Assembly (NCBI GenBank): GCA_002390675.1
Contig: DGPZ01000019.1
Span: 6,795-70,794 of the forward strand
Source of the DNA: Deltaproteobacteria bacterium UBA4427
GTDB lineage: Bacteria; Myxococcota_A; UBA9160; UBA4427
Reading direction: 5' to 3'
Length of the DNA: 64,000 nt
Each line of letters starts with the position of its first letter. Positions within the stretch are counted from its first letter, which is position 1. This document shows, piece by piece, positions 28,668-37,298 of the stretch. Both the position numbers and the translations under genes were made by a program. A model generated the notes under the pieces. It was not told the origin of the DNA. It worked only from the letters and a program-made list of their open reading frames with translations, and did not search any database.

Positions 28668-30335
28668 TCAGCGCAATTCGAGTACTAGAACGCGTCGCCC
28701 CTCCCCAGATTCCACGTGAACAAGATGGAGCCAATCCCCCACGCCCTTCATGAGGCCCCAATGTTCAGCAACCCGTCTCTCATCGATCACGAGCCATTCA
28801 ACCCCTGCGTGCCGCAAAGCCTCTTCGATGCTCGAACTTTTTCCCGACGGTAACGGCACGTGTCGCGCCCGCGCATAGTAGGCGACGCGCATTTTCTGAG
28901 CGCCTACGACCAGTCCGGGCCCTTCACGTTCCGCCAACCAGTTCGCGGCCGCCCGAACTGGAGCGCGATCAATTCGTCGCTCTCGGAGATCGCGATCTCC
29001 CCACACTAAGGCCAATACTAAGACCAGTCCAAAACACACAGCAGGGGGAGACGCCCAACGCGCTCGAGGGCTCGAATCCGGCTCGGTCCACCGATTCACT
29101 AAGAGATGGTGAAGGCCGCGCCAACCGACTGCAGCAAAGACCGTGAGCGGCAACCATGCCGCCAGAGCGTGGCGACGCGCGACGTACCCCGCGCCCCAAA
29201 CCAACAAAACCAACACAGCCGAATAGAGCACCGCCGGCAACGCGAATAGCACCAAGCGCTTTCGAAAGTCAGTACCCCTCATCACGATCAAGCCGATAGC
29301 CGCAAAGAGCGCAATTTCGTATCGAAAGGCTGCGAGTGAGGTTCGCATAGCACGCGAAATCGCCTCACCTACACCCAACAACGTACGAGGCGGTCGATCA
29401 AAGCCCGAACCACTCACGCGTACCGACGAAAGAGGCAGCGGAAGCGCAGTCTCCCCCTCGCCAGTCGGCATTTCGACACGGACGCCAGTGCGTCCTGCTG
29501 CAAGCTCGACGATCGATTTCTTGCGGGTCAGCGTGAGATCGCCTGTCTGCTCGGAGACAGCCGCCACCAAGGGCCCCACCAGCGCGAGCGTCGCGAGTAC
29601 CAAGGCGAGCGCGGAAACGAACATGCCACGTCGCGCCGAGGCATCCCGCCATCCGCGGGCGGCGAACACGACGATCGCGACGGCACAGAGTCCAAGCCCT
29701 TCCGGACGGACGAGGTACGCGAGTCCCGCTCCAACGCCACAGCCGATGGCCAGCAAGAGTCTTGGACGTTCATTCCATTCACTGAGCGCCGCAAAGCCCA
29801 TCAAAAAGAGGCCTGCGTAAAGCCCATCGCTCATCACATCGCTTGAAAAATCGATCGCCCACGGATGAAGCGCGACCACCCACCCCGTCATCCAGGCGAT
29901 CTCATCCCCGAACGCGCTCTTTGCAGCGCAAAACAGTCCAAGAACGGAAAGTACGCCGCCCAAAACGGAGACCCAAATCGCCGCCGTCTCAAAGCCAACA
30001 CCGAAAACTGAATAGACCGACGCGACCAATGCGGGGTAGAGCGGATGAAAAGGATGCTCGAGTACAGCCTCCCAGCGTCCATCAGCGATCGCCTCAGCAA
30101 GCGCGATAAAAATCGGACCATCATTAAAGATCGCATGCGTGTGCTGCCACGCTTGTAAGCGCAACCAGGCTGACACACCTAGCAAGACCGCAAGGCCCAC
30201 GGTTATGCGAAGCCTAGGGGGAAGACCAGATCCGGACGGTGACGGCGCCGAAGCCTCTCGCCGATCATCGACTGTCACGATGTATTCAGCCCGCCTCTTC
30301 GGCGTCTGCCACAACAGCACCCGCGAGTTCATCAA
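28668..30335 (-). CDS. GT-C fold membrane glycosyltransferase (family 39/83, PMT_2/ArnT-like)
   Basis: About 10+ hydrophobic segments. First loop FNDGPIFIALAEAI..HPFHPLYPAL is typical of PMT_2/ArnT-like enzymes. There is a soluble C-terminal domain. The start is uncertain (overlaps the upstream gene by 50 nt). Confidence 0.6.
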   Translation of the reverse strand: MMNSRVLLWQTPKRRAEYIVTVDDRREASAPSPSGSGLPPRLRITVGLAVLLGVSAWLRLQAWQHTHAIFNDGPIFIALAEAIADGRWEAVLEHPFHPLYPALVASVYSVFGVGFETAAIWVSVLGGVLSVLGLFCAAKSAFGDEIAWMTGWVVALHPWAIDFSSDVMSDGLYAGLFLMGFAALSEWNERPRLLLAIGCGVGAGLAYLVRPEGLGLCAVAIVVFAARGWRDASARRGMFVSALALVLATLALVGPLVAAVSEQTGDLTLTRKKSIVELAAGRTGVRVEMPTGEGETALPLPLSSVRVSGSGFDRPPRTLLGVGEAISRAMRTSLAAFRYEIALFAAIGLIVMRGTDFRKRLVLFALPAVLYSAVLVLLVWGAGYVARRHALAAWLPLTVFAAVGWRGLHHLLVNRWTEPDSSPRARWASPPAVCFGLVLVLALVWGDRDLRERRIDRAPVRAAANWLAEREGPGLVVGAQKMRVAYYARARHVPLPSGKSSSIEEALRHAGVEWLVIDERRVAEHWGLMKGVGDWLHLVHVESGEGRRVLVLELR

Positions 30336-31518
30336 GGAAATCAGGCAGAGCCGAGACGACGCGGCTCCAATTGGGAATCTGCGGCGCGCCCATTGGATCT
30401 CCTACGAAGTCGAGTCCCGCCGCTCGCAGTGCGCCGGAAAACGTCTCAACAGCGACTTCTTCTTCATGACGATCGAAATAAAGTCCGTTCAATTTGGCGT
30501 CATCGCTATAGCGAGCGATCGCGTCTTGAGCCGTACGCACATAGGCAGCAATCAGCGTATTCAAGAAACCTGAATCGAACTCAACGCCGTAGCTCGCCAA
30601 GTTACGAATCAACGAAGCCGCGATGTCCCGAACCATTCGGTGCAACCCGGCATTGCCGTCGTGCTCCGAGAGTTCCTGATGCTTATGGTCATAGTTCTCG
30701 ACGAGCTCGACCTGGCAGATGCGCTTCAGCGAGCAGTTCCGGTAGACCTCAGCCAACACGCCGACCTCGAGTCCCCAATCTGCCGGAATGCGATTCGCTC
30801 GGATGAGTTCCGTTGTCATAGAACATTCGCCAGCGAGCGGATATCTAAAAGATTCGAGATAATCGAGCAGCGGCACCGGGCCAAGCACGGACTTCATGGC
30901 GCGTATCAGCGGCGTCATAAAGAGCCGAGTCACGCGCCCGTGCATCCGGTCGGACACGCGGCTGTAGTAGCCCTTTGCAAACTCGTAACTCATATTGGGG
31001 TTCGCGGTAGGAAAAACGAGCCGCGCGAGGAGGTCGCGGTCGTAGTCGAGGATGTCGCAGTCGTGCGTCGCGACGACTCGCGCTCGATGGGTCGCAAGGA
31101 CATAGCCATAGGCGAGCCAATTCGCGCGCCCCTTGCCCTCGCTGCCGGGATCGAGGCCTTCATCACGAAGCCGCTGGATGAGTGCCTGGATGCGCGGCCC
31201 CTGATTCCAGATCACAGTCGCCGACTCATCGTCCATGGACCGGATCGGCTCAACGAGCTCGCGAAACTCCCGATACTCGGCGGGCCCAGCAGGCCCCGAC
31301 AGGCTCAGCACGCACTGCGTGAGATACGGCACCTGAATGAGTTCTTCCACGATCCGCTTGAGCGCTGGACCGCGGATCTCTGAATAGAGCGACGGCAGCA
31401 CCAACGCGATCGGGCGTTCCTCGGCGTAATGCATGAGCTCGCGCTCGAGGCGCGGGAGGTCAGCCTTGCCGAGGCGATGAAGCGACGTGATAACGCCGGT
31501 TTGATGAAAATCCGCCAT
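30286..31518 (-). CDS. GT81-like glycosyltransferase (glucosyl-3-phosphoglycerate synthase-like)
   Basis: HGRVTRLFMTPLIRAM...YPLAGECSMTTELIRANRIPADWGLEVGVLAEV...ICQVEL resembles the M. tuberculosis GpgS block GGRVTELVARPLL..QPLSGEYAASRELL..YGVEIGLLID..IAQVNL. Also has a DxD-like HDCD. The assignment rests on recalled similarity only. Confidence 0.5.
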   Translation of the reverse strand: MADFHQTGVITSLHRLGKADLPRLERELMHYAEERPIALVLPSLYSEIRGPALKRIVEELIQVPYLTQCVLSLSGPAGPAEYREFRELVEPIRSMDDESATVIWNQGPRIQALIQRLRDEGLDPGSEGKGRANWLAYGYVLATHRARVVATHDCDILDYDRDLLARLVFPTANPNMSYEFAKGYYSRVSDRMHGRVTRLFMTPLIRAMKSVLGPVPLLDYLESFRYPLAGECSMTTELIRANRIPADWGLEVGVLAEVYRNCSLKRICQVELVENYDHKHQELSEHDGNAGLHRMVRDIAASLIRNLASYGVEFDSGFLNTLIAAYVRTAQDAIARYSDDAKLNGLYFDRHEEEVAVETFSGALRAAGLDFVGDPMGAPQIPNWSRVVSALPDFLDELAGAVVADAEEAG

Positions 31519-31638
31519 GGCTGGGACGGTCGCACTGGCGCCCTGCGGGTGTCAAGGAATCCTAAGTCGAGATCCCGGGCCTACGAAGGAAAAAGCTCCA
31601 AAATCAAAGGGTCTGGGCTCAATTCTTCGAGCAGGATC

Positions 31639-31992
31639 TCAATAGATGCCGACGGGCGTGAGCGAGGGCTCAATCGCGTCTTCTAGCAGGCGGACCGCTT
31701 CAGGATCGATCTCATGGAATTCGATGCCCACTTCCTGAGTAATCTGATCCGTGTCGGTTGCCCACATGACCGTTCCCTTCGCGACAACCGTCTCGTCGCC
31801 GACATTGAAGGTCACGCGAAGGACGTCTCCCAGGTTGATCTCAATTCCGACGGCCTCGAAGCTGATGCCGCCTGTGGAGAGATTCTTCGAGACAGCCAAT
31901 TGGTCGGGCCTGTCGATTTCCGAGAAGGAAATAACTTGATCCGTCGCGATGCGATGAAATTTTCGACGTTCTGCCCCGGATGCTTCGCCCAT
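31639..31992 (-). CDS. PilZ-domain protein (c-di-GMP receptor)
   Basis: RRKFHR (RxxxR) and KNLSTGGISF (D/NxSxxG) motifs at the correct spacing. 117 aa. Confidence 0.8.
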   Translation of the reverse strand: MGEASGAERRKFHRIATDQVISFSEIDRPDQLAVSKNLSTGGISFEAVGIEINLGDVLRVTFNVGDETVVAKGTVMWATDTDQITQEVGIEFHEIDPEAVRLLEDAIEPSLTPVGIY

Positions 31993-32141
31993 ACCATCCC
32001 CTCAGGTGCGTCCGGCGATTCCGACACGCATATAGAGGTCTCGGCTGCGAGCTGCCCCGGCTTGAGCAACCAGGCCTGGCGAAACAGCAAATGGTGCTCC
32101 CGGCGACCACGCCTGCACCACCGATAACATTCCGATTCCGT

Positions 32142-33218
32142 CTAGAACAGATCGAGCTGTCGATCAGGAGCCCCCGCGGTCTCCAGCCCTTTCAGAATCA
32201 GAGCGAGCCTACGGAAGCGGCGACCGTCCAAAGTCACCCGGCCGAGCAGCTCGCGCCCCGCATCGGCCAGTACGGCTGCCTCTGCGGTCGGTTCGCCGAG
32301 GCTGCAGCTTCGTGTCAGCGCGCGCTCCCCCGCGCCGGATAAACGGAGCGCGATTCGCGACGCGCGGAGCCCGTCCCGGCGTAAAGCTCGCTCCAGCGCA
32401 TCGGCCAGCCGGCCAGAGGCCGCTTCGAAAAGCTCGCGGCTCACGACTTGGCCCCCGGACAGCTCGAGGGTCTCCTCCCTCGAGAGCGATGCCGGATGGC
32501 GTGTGACACGAAGGGGCTTAGGGTCCTCTCCGCATGCGAGCAGCCAAAGAGATCGGCCGTGATTGCCTAACAAGATGTCCAGACGTTCGAGCCCAAGCTC
32601 GCGCAGCCCAGGGATATCGACGGCGCCTAGCTCGGCCAATCGTGCCGCTGTTTTAGGGCCAACGCCCGGCAATCGCTCGAGGGACTGGTCATTCAACCAC
32701 GACTGGAACTCGCCCGCTGTGACGACAACTGCCGTCCCGGAACTCGCCGCTTCCGCCGCGAGACGCGCTGCGAACCGCGCCGGAGCGACCCCGCAGTGCA
32801 AAGGCAGTCCAACCCGCTCGAGGACCGCTGCTTCGAGCCGAGCCGCGAGCAGTCGGGCCTCGTGGCTCTCTCGGGGCGCACGCAGATAGAAGCCCGCCAA
32901 GCCATCGATCTCCACGGCATCTACCACTTCTCGCATAGCAGCCCGCAGCAACCCCGAGACCTCACGCGCACGCGCCATATCCGTCGGGGCTCTTTGCGCC
33001 TCGGGTACGCGATCGAGGGCTTCCGCCATTCCCATGCCATCCACGATTCCACGAGCGCGAAGGACATCACTCGCACAGACGACCTTCCCACGCTTCAAAG
33101 GATCTCCACCGATCAGGAGAGGCCCATCGCCGAGCATGGGGTTCGCGCGCCGCGCGACCTGCACATGGAACTCGGGGACGTGGCTATATCCGACGGGTTC
33201 GCCCGCTCCTGAGGACAT
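32142..33218 (-). CDS. Y-family DNA polymerase (DinB/ImuB-like) homolog lacking the catalytic carboxylates
   Basis: Collinear with DinB: NPMLGDGPLLIGG, LPLHCGVAPARFAARLAA, LERLPGVGPKTAARLAELG (HhH), and a little-finger region. However HVPEFHVQVA replaces HVDMDCFFAAVE, and EIDGLAGFYL replaces SLDEAYLD. Confidence 0.7.
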   Translation of the reverse strand: MSSGAGEPVGYSHVPEFHVQVARRANPMLGDGPLLIGGDPLKRGKVVCASDVLRARGIVDGMGMAEALDRVPEAQRAPTDMARAREVSGLLRAAMREVVDAVEIDGLAGFYLRAPRESHEARLLAARLEAAVLERVGLPLHCGVAPARFAARLAAEAASSGTAVVVTAGEFQSWLNDQSLERLPGVGPKTAARLAELGAVDIPGLRELGLERLDILLGNHGRSLWLLACGEDPKPLRVTRHPASLSREETLELSGGQVVSRELFEAASGRLADALERALRRDGLRASRIALRLSGAGERALTRSCSLGEPTAEAAVLADAGRELLGRVTLDGRRFRRLALILKGLETAGAPDRQLDLF

Positions 33219-35860
33219 CAGGGCGCCGGCTCGAGCACAAGTCGTTCGGCGCTCTGCTCTTCGATCGCAAGCCGACTCGTCGCAAACAAGGCAAGGCGAC
33301 CATGGGTCCAGTGTGAGATGCCATCGGCAAAATGCGGATGTCCGGGATGCTCACTCTGACCGGGGGTAAGGCTACTCAGGAAACGGTCTTGGCTGCCTAG
33401 ATCGATGGCTACGCGATACAGAGCTGTTCGCTCGACATCAAAAGAGATACCGGGCCGGTGCCGCGTGAAAGACAGTGTCTGCCCACTTCCGGAAGCGGGG
33501 AAAACATAACCTTCAGTAGCATCTGTTGCGGTCCGCCCGAGTCTTTCGAATGCGACTCGATGCAATCCGCCCCAGGACCAACGAGCTCGCGTCGGCCCGA
33601 GGCGCTGATTCAAACTCACCCAGGTTTCCCGCAAACTCGCCCGTGCCGCTTCCGTCACCACCGATTCGTCGGTCCATCCCCCTGACTGCCGGAGGGTCGC
33701 TGCGCGCAGAATCAATCGTTCCACTGCGGTTTGAGGCTGAACATGAGGCGCAGCGAGATAGCGCTCGAAGAGCCCATCACCAAAGGGCTCACGAAGCAAG
33801 TGGCCTAATAAACGCTCGATCGCCAAGTGATAGGCGGCGGCGCCAGCGCTATCGGAGTCAAATCGACCATCCCATCGCTTCAGAAGCGCCGCGACCTCCT
33901 GTGCCTCGGCCGGCAAGGGTCCGCCGCGGCGTGCCATCCCATCGATCGCGGTCACGACTCGTGTCGCACGCAGCGCACCGGCGTCAAAGAGGATATCCGC
34001 GGCAGAGCGCAGCGTGAGAGATCCACGCCCCAAGGCTTCGTCGAGTGCGAACTCTAGCCGCATTGCGCGGTCCCCCGGCCGCCAGAGCCATTCCGTCTGA
34101 TCCAGGCCGCCGCGTCCGGACCAAGGTTGATCCAGAGCCATCACCCAAGCTCGACCGCTCTCACCGAGTGCCATTCCCGGGAGCGATGCTAGTGACACAG
34201 GCTCTCGCCAATCAAAACTTCGCAAGCGACCTTGCACGGGAACCAAGCCCGTCGGGAGCGGCCGATTAGGCAACCACCCCGCGACCTGCACGCCACCCTC
34301 GCCTTCTGCGTCAGCGAACGTGAATGCAAGAACCGGTTCGTGATGCATTTCAAGTATCGCCGCAATCTCCTGGCTACCGCCCGCCCGGAGTAGCCCAAGC
34401 ATTGAGGTAAGCCCATCTCCAGACCTTGCTCCCGTCCAGGAAAGGGCTCTTCCCGATCGCGCGCGGGGCATTTTTGAATCCTGTTCTTCGTCGAGTCCCG
34501 ACCACAAGGATTCAATCAATGGACCATGCCCCGTCGAGCGCAGGGATAACGTGGTGTCGATCAATTCGCCGCGCGGGCCCATCCAGGAAACGGTCTCTTC
34601 CCGCGCCTCGACCGGAACCCAGAGCGTCCCGTTCTGATAGAGGCCCCCGCGATCGCGTAGTGTCTCCATGAATAGATCTGAAATCGGCGCACTCGCCGGC
34701 ACCGAGGCCCAAGCGAAGTTTGGATTGCGCCCGGCCCAGAAAATAGGAGAGCCGGGCATAGTCGCACCCGCCACGTCAATCGCCCCGGCATCAAGGTGTG
34801 CCTCATAAAAGAGGCTGGGCAGCGTCGGCGCAAAGTGCCAGTCCGCCACCAAGATAGGAGCACCGCTTACCGTCTTTGAACCCTCGACTGCCCACGCTCC
34901 ACCCGTCGGAATCCCAATGCCTTCGCAGAGTTCTTCGGTCGCGCCCATGATCGCGTTCGCCAGCGCATATTCCCCGGTGCTCGATGCCACCGGGTGACGA
35001 GGCACTTCAGGCGCCACACCGAAATCAACGGAGGCTCGCCCCGGAAAGAATGGTCTGGCGGGAACCGAGTCCAGGCGCTGAATCAAGTCATCGAGAACGA
35101 GAGTTGTCTCCAGCGTGCCGCCGATGCACCAGGACAGCAGCTTTACGACGGCGATCGAATCCGCAGGGCGCCAATCCGCAACGGAGGCAATACCGCCCTG
35201 CAGACGGCGTGGCGCGCGAACGCGGCCTTGCCGAACACGGTCGATACGCGCGTTCACGCCCGCCGAGTAGAGCTCGAGCACCTTAAGGGACGACGCGGGG
35301 AGATCAGCAACGACCGCCTCAGATGCCCGACCTATTTCAAGCAGCCTCGCAAGGCGGTCCGCACGTAGAGCCGGTGCGCCCTGGAGTTCGGCGGCGCGAC
35401 CGAGGGCCTGTCGCCGCAGAAAAGCCATCTGCGCGAGGCGGTCCTGCGCGTGAGCGAACCCGAGCGCAAACCATCCTTCAGACTCTCGCTCGGCGATCAG
35501 ATGCGGGATGCCCCGGACGTCTCGCAACACCTCGACCGGAGCCTCCAAATTGGAAATGCGAATTGTGCCCGAAACGGGAGCGAAGGATTCACGTTCGGCC
35601 CGGTCGCTGGCCCCCCAGCGCTGGCTGATCAGGAGCGCGACGAGGATCAGCAAAGCGCCGACTATCAGCCGCCCACCCAGCTGCGGTAAACCCGGCGTAG
35701 GCTTTTCGGCCTGCGGCCCCTCGGACACCGACATCGAACGCATACCCTCCAATGTGAGCAATGTGAGCGCCGGCGAACCGAAGTTCGAGCTCCTCACACC
35801 CCCGGATGCTTCTTTAATCACGGTGCCGCGGACCCCCGTCAGCAACACCTTTGGCATCAA
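33218..35860 (-). CDS. Penicillin/AHL acylase (MEROPS S45, Ntn-hydrolase) family protein; nucleophile position is Gly
   Basis: RDVRGIPHLIAERESEGWFALGFAHAQDRLAQM (alpha subunit). The beta-subunit start is GIPTGGAWAVEGSKTVSGAPILVADWHF, where the family has G-S-N-x-W..DPH. N-terminal TM anchor. An alternative start is at 35743 (MRSMSV). Confidence 0.8.
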   Translation of the reverse strand: MMPKVLLTGVRGTVIKEASGGVRSSNFGSPALTLLTLEGMRSMSVSEGPQAEKPTPGLPQLGGRLIVGALLILVALLISQRWGASDRAERESFAPVSGTIRISNLEAPVEVLRDVRGIPHLIAERESEGWFALGFAHAQDRLAQMAFLRRQALGRAAELQGAPALRADRLARLLEIGRASEAVVADLPASSLKVLELYSAGVNARIDRVRQGRVRAPRRLQGGIASVADWRPADSIAVVKLLSWCIGGTLETTLVLDDLIQRLDSVPARPFFPGRASVDFGVAPEVPRHPVASSTGEYALANAIMGATEELCEGIGIPTGGAWAVEGSKTVSGAPILVADWHFAPTLPSLFYEAHLDAGAIDVAGATMPGSPIFWAGRNPNFAWASVPASAPISDLFMETLRDRGGLYQNGTLWVPVEAREETVSWMGPRGELIDTTLSLRSTGHGPLIESLWSGLDEEQDSKMPRARSGRALSWTGARSGDGLTSMLGLLRAGGSQEIAAILEMHHEPVLAFTFADAEGEGGVQVAGWLPNRPLPTGLVPVQGRLRSFDWREPVSLASLPGMALGESGRAWVMALDQPWSGRGGLDQTEWLWRPGDRAMRLEFALDEALGRGSLTLRSAADILFDAGALRATRVVTAIDGMARRGGPLPAEAQEVAALLKRWDGRFDSDSAGAAAYHLAIERLLGHLLREPFGDGLFERYLAAPHVQPQTAVERLILRAATLRQSGGWTDESVVTEAARASLRETWVSLNQRLGPTRARWSWGGLHRVAFERLGRTATDATEGYVFPASGSGQTLSFTRHRPGISFDVERTALYRVAIDLGSQDRFLSSLTPGQSEHPGHPHFADGISHWTHGRLALFATSRLAIEEQSAERLVLEPAP

Positions 35861-36007
35861 CCTTCGACAGCCTTCATTTCCCTACATCGAATGCCCAAAA
35901 AGAGAAGTTAAGTCGAATACTTGAGAGCATACCGGAGGGTCGGTACATTGCGCGCGCCGCCCCTCTTCAATCGAAATACTCAATCTCTCGTCCCCTCCGC
36001 ATTTGCT

Positions 36008-36040
36008 CGCCCTTTTTCGCCCTTTTTCGCTCTTTTTCGC
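36008..36040. repeat. Three tandem 10-bp units carrying phased T5 tracts (CGCCCTTTTT x2, CGCTCTTTTT)
   Basis: Direct reading of 36008-36040. Lies in the divergent region between the acylase-like gene and pgk, 50-80 bp upstream of the pgk start. Confidence 0.8.
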
Positions 36041-36089
36041 GACGGATTCCCGAAGCTCCGACGAGCTACTCCACCCCTGGCGGTTTGAT

Positions 36090-37298
36090 TTGCCGATCCA
36101 ATCAATTGAAGCTCTGTTGGCCAACTGCGAACTTGCCGGGAGGCGCGTCTTCGTCCGCGCCGATCTCAACGTCCCCCTCGACGGCAACGGCAAGATCTCT
36201 GACGACAGCCGTATCCGCGCGTCGCTCCCAACGCTCAATCTCCTCGTTGAAGCTGGCGCAAAGGTCATTCTCGCTTCGCATCTCGGCCGCCCCAAAGGCG
36301 AGCGCAATTCGGCACTCTCCTTATGCATCGTCGCAGAAGCGCTCGGAAGCCACTTCGAGACCAAGGTCCACTTCGCCCCTGACTGCGTTGGCGTGCCGGC
36401 TAAAGAAGCGGTCGACTCGCTTGCCAACGGCGAAATCCTTCTGCTCGAAAACCTCCGCTTCCACAAAGCCGAAACCGAAAACGACCCGCAATTCGCAGCG
36501 GCCCTGGCCTCTTTGGCGGACGTGTATGTGAACGACGCCTTCGGCACGGCGCACCGAGCCCACGCGTCAACCGCAGGCATGGTTGCCCACGTGGGCATCG
36601 CCGCTGCGGGCCAATTGCTCACGAAAGAGCTCGATGCCCTTACCAGCGCCCTCGAACCCGAACGCCCCTTCGTTTGTTTTCTTGGCGGTGCGAAAGTGTC
36701 TGACAAACTCGGCGTCCTAGAGGCGTTAATCGAGCGAGCGGATACCGTCGGCGTCGGCGGTGCTATGGCGTATACATTCCTTTCCGCACAAGGCCAGTCC
36801 ACCGGCTCCTCATTAGTCGAACCCGATCGCCTCGCAGATGCGAAACGGATGATTGCCCGGGCGGCCGAAAGAGGTTGTGAGCTGCTACTTCCGACCGACC
36901 ACGTAGTCAGCGACCGCCTAGCAGAAGACGCCGTAGCTCAAACAGTCGAAATAATCCCCGACGGACTTATGGGCCTGGACATAGGACCGGGCACTGCAGC
37001 GCGTTATGCGCAGGCCGCAGCCGGTGCAGCCACGATTCTTTGGAATGGTCCAATGGGGGTTTTTGAAATCGACGCCTTTGCTACGGGAACCGAAGCCGTG
37101 GCAGAAGCAGTCGCCGCCTCAAGCGCTGGAAGTATTGTCGGCGGAGGTGACTCCCTCGCCGCGGTGAACAAGGTCGGCGTGGGCGATCGCATTAGTCATC
37201 TTTCGACAGGGGGCGGCGCTTCCCTCGAGTTCGTTCAGGGGCTGACACTACCGGGCGTCGCTGCCCTCGATCGCCCGAACCGGGACGGCTCAGCATGA
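36090..37298 (+). CDS. pgk: Phosphoglycerate kinase
   Basis: GRRVFVRADLNVPLD, ILASHLGRPKG, and GGGDS/TGGGASLE near the C-terminus. A TTG at 36090 gives a normal ~402 aa protein; the longest ORF starts at 36003. Confidence 0.95.
   Translation: MPIQSIEALLANCELAGRRVFVRADLNVPLDGNGKISDDSRIRASLPTLNLLVEAGAKVILASHLGRPKGERNSALSLCIVAEALGSHFETKVHFAPDCVGVPAKEAVDSLANGEILLLENLRFHKAETENDPQFAAALASLADVYVNDAFGTAHRAHASTAGMVAHVGIAAAGQLLTKELDALTSALEPERPFVCFLGGAKVSDKLGVLEALIERADTVGVGGAMAYTFLSAQGQSTGSSLVEPDRLADAKRMIARAAERGCELLLPTDHVVSDRLAEDAVAQTVEIIPDGLMGLDIGPGTAARYAQAAAGAATILWNGPMGVFEIDAFATGTEAVAEAVAASSAGSIVGGGDSLAAVNKVGVGDRISHLSTGGGASLEFVQGLTLPGVAALDRPNRDGSA

Noticed and set aside
30286-30335. A 50-nt overlap between the GT-C and GT81-like genes, and overlaps at 28668-28761 and 45239-45300, considered as possible programmed overlaps.
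   Set aside because: All are explained by the longest-ORF convention. Internal ATG/GTG starts (28605, 45228, or later starts in the GT-C gene) remove the overlaps without losing conserved sequence.
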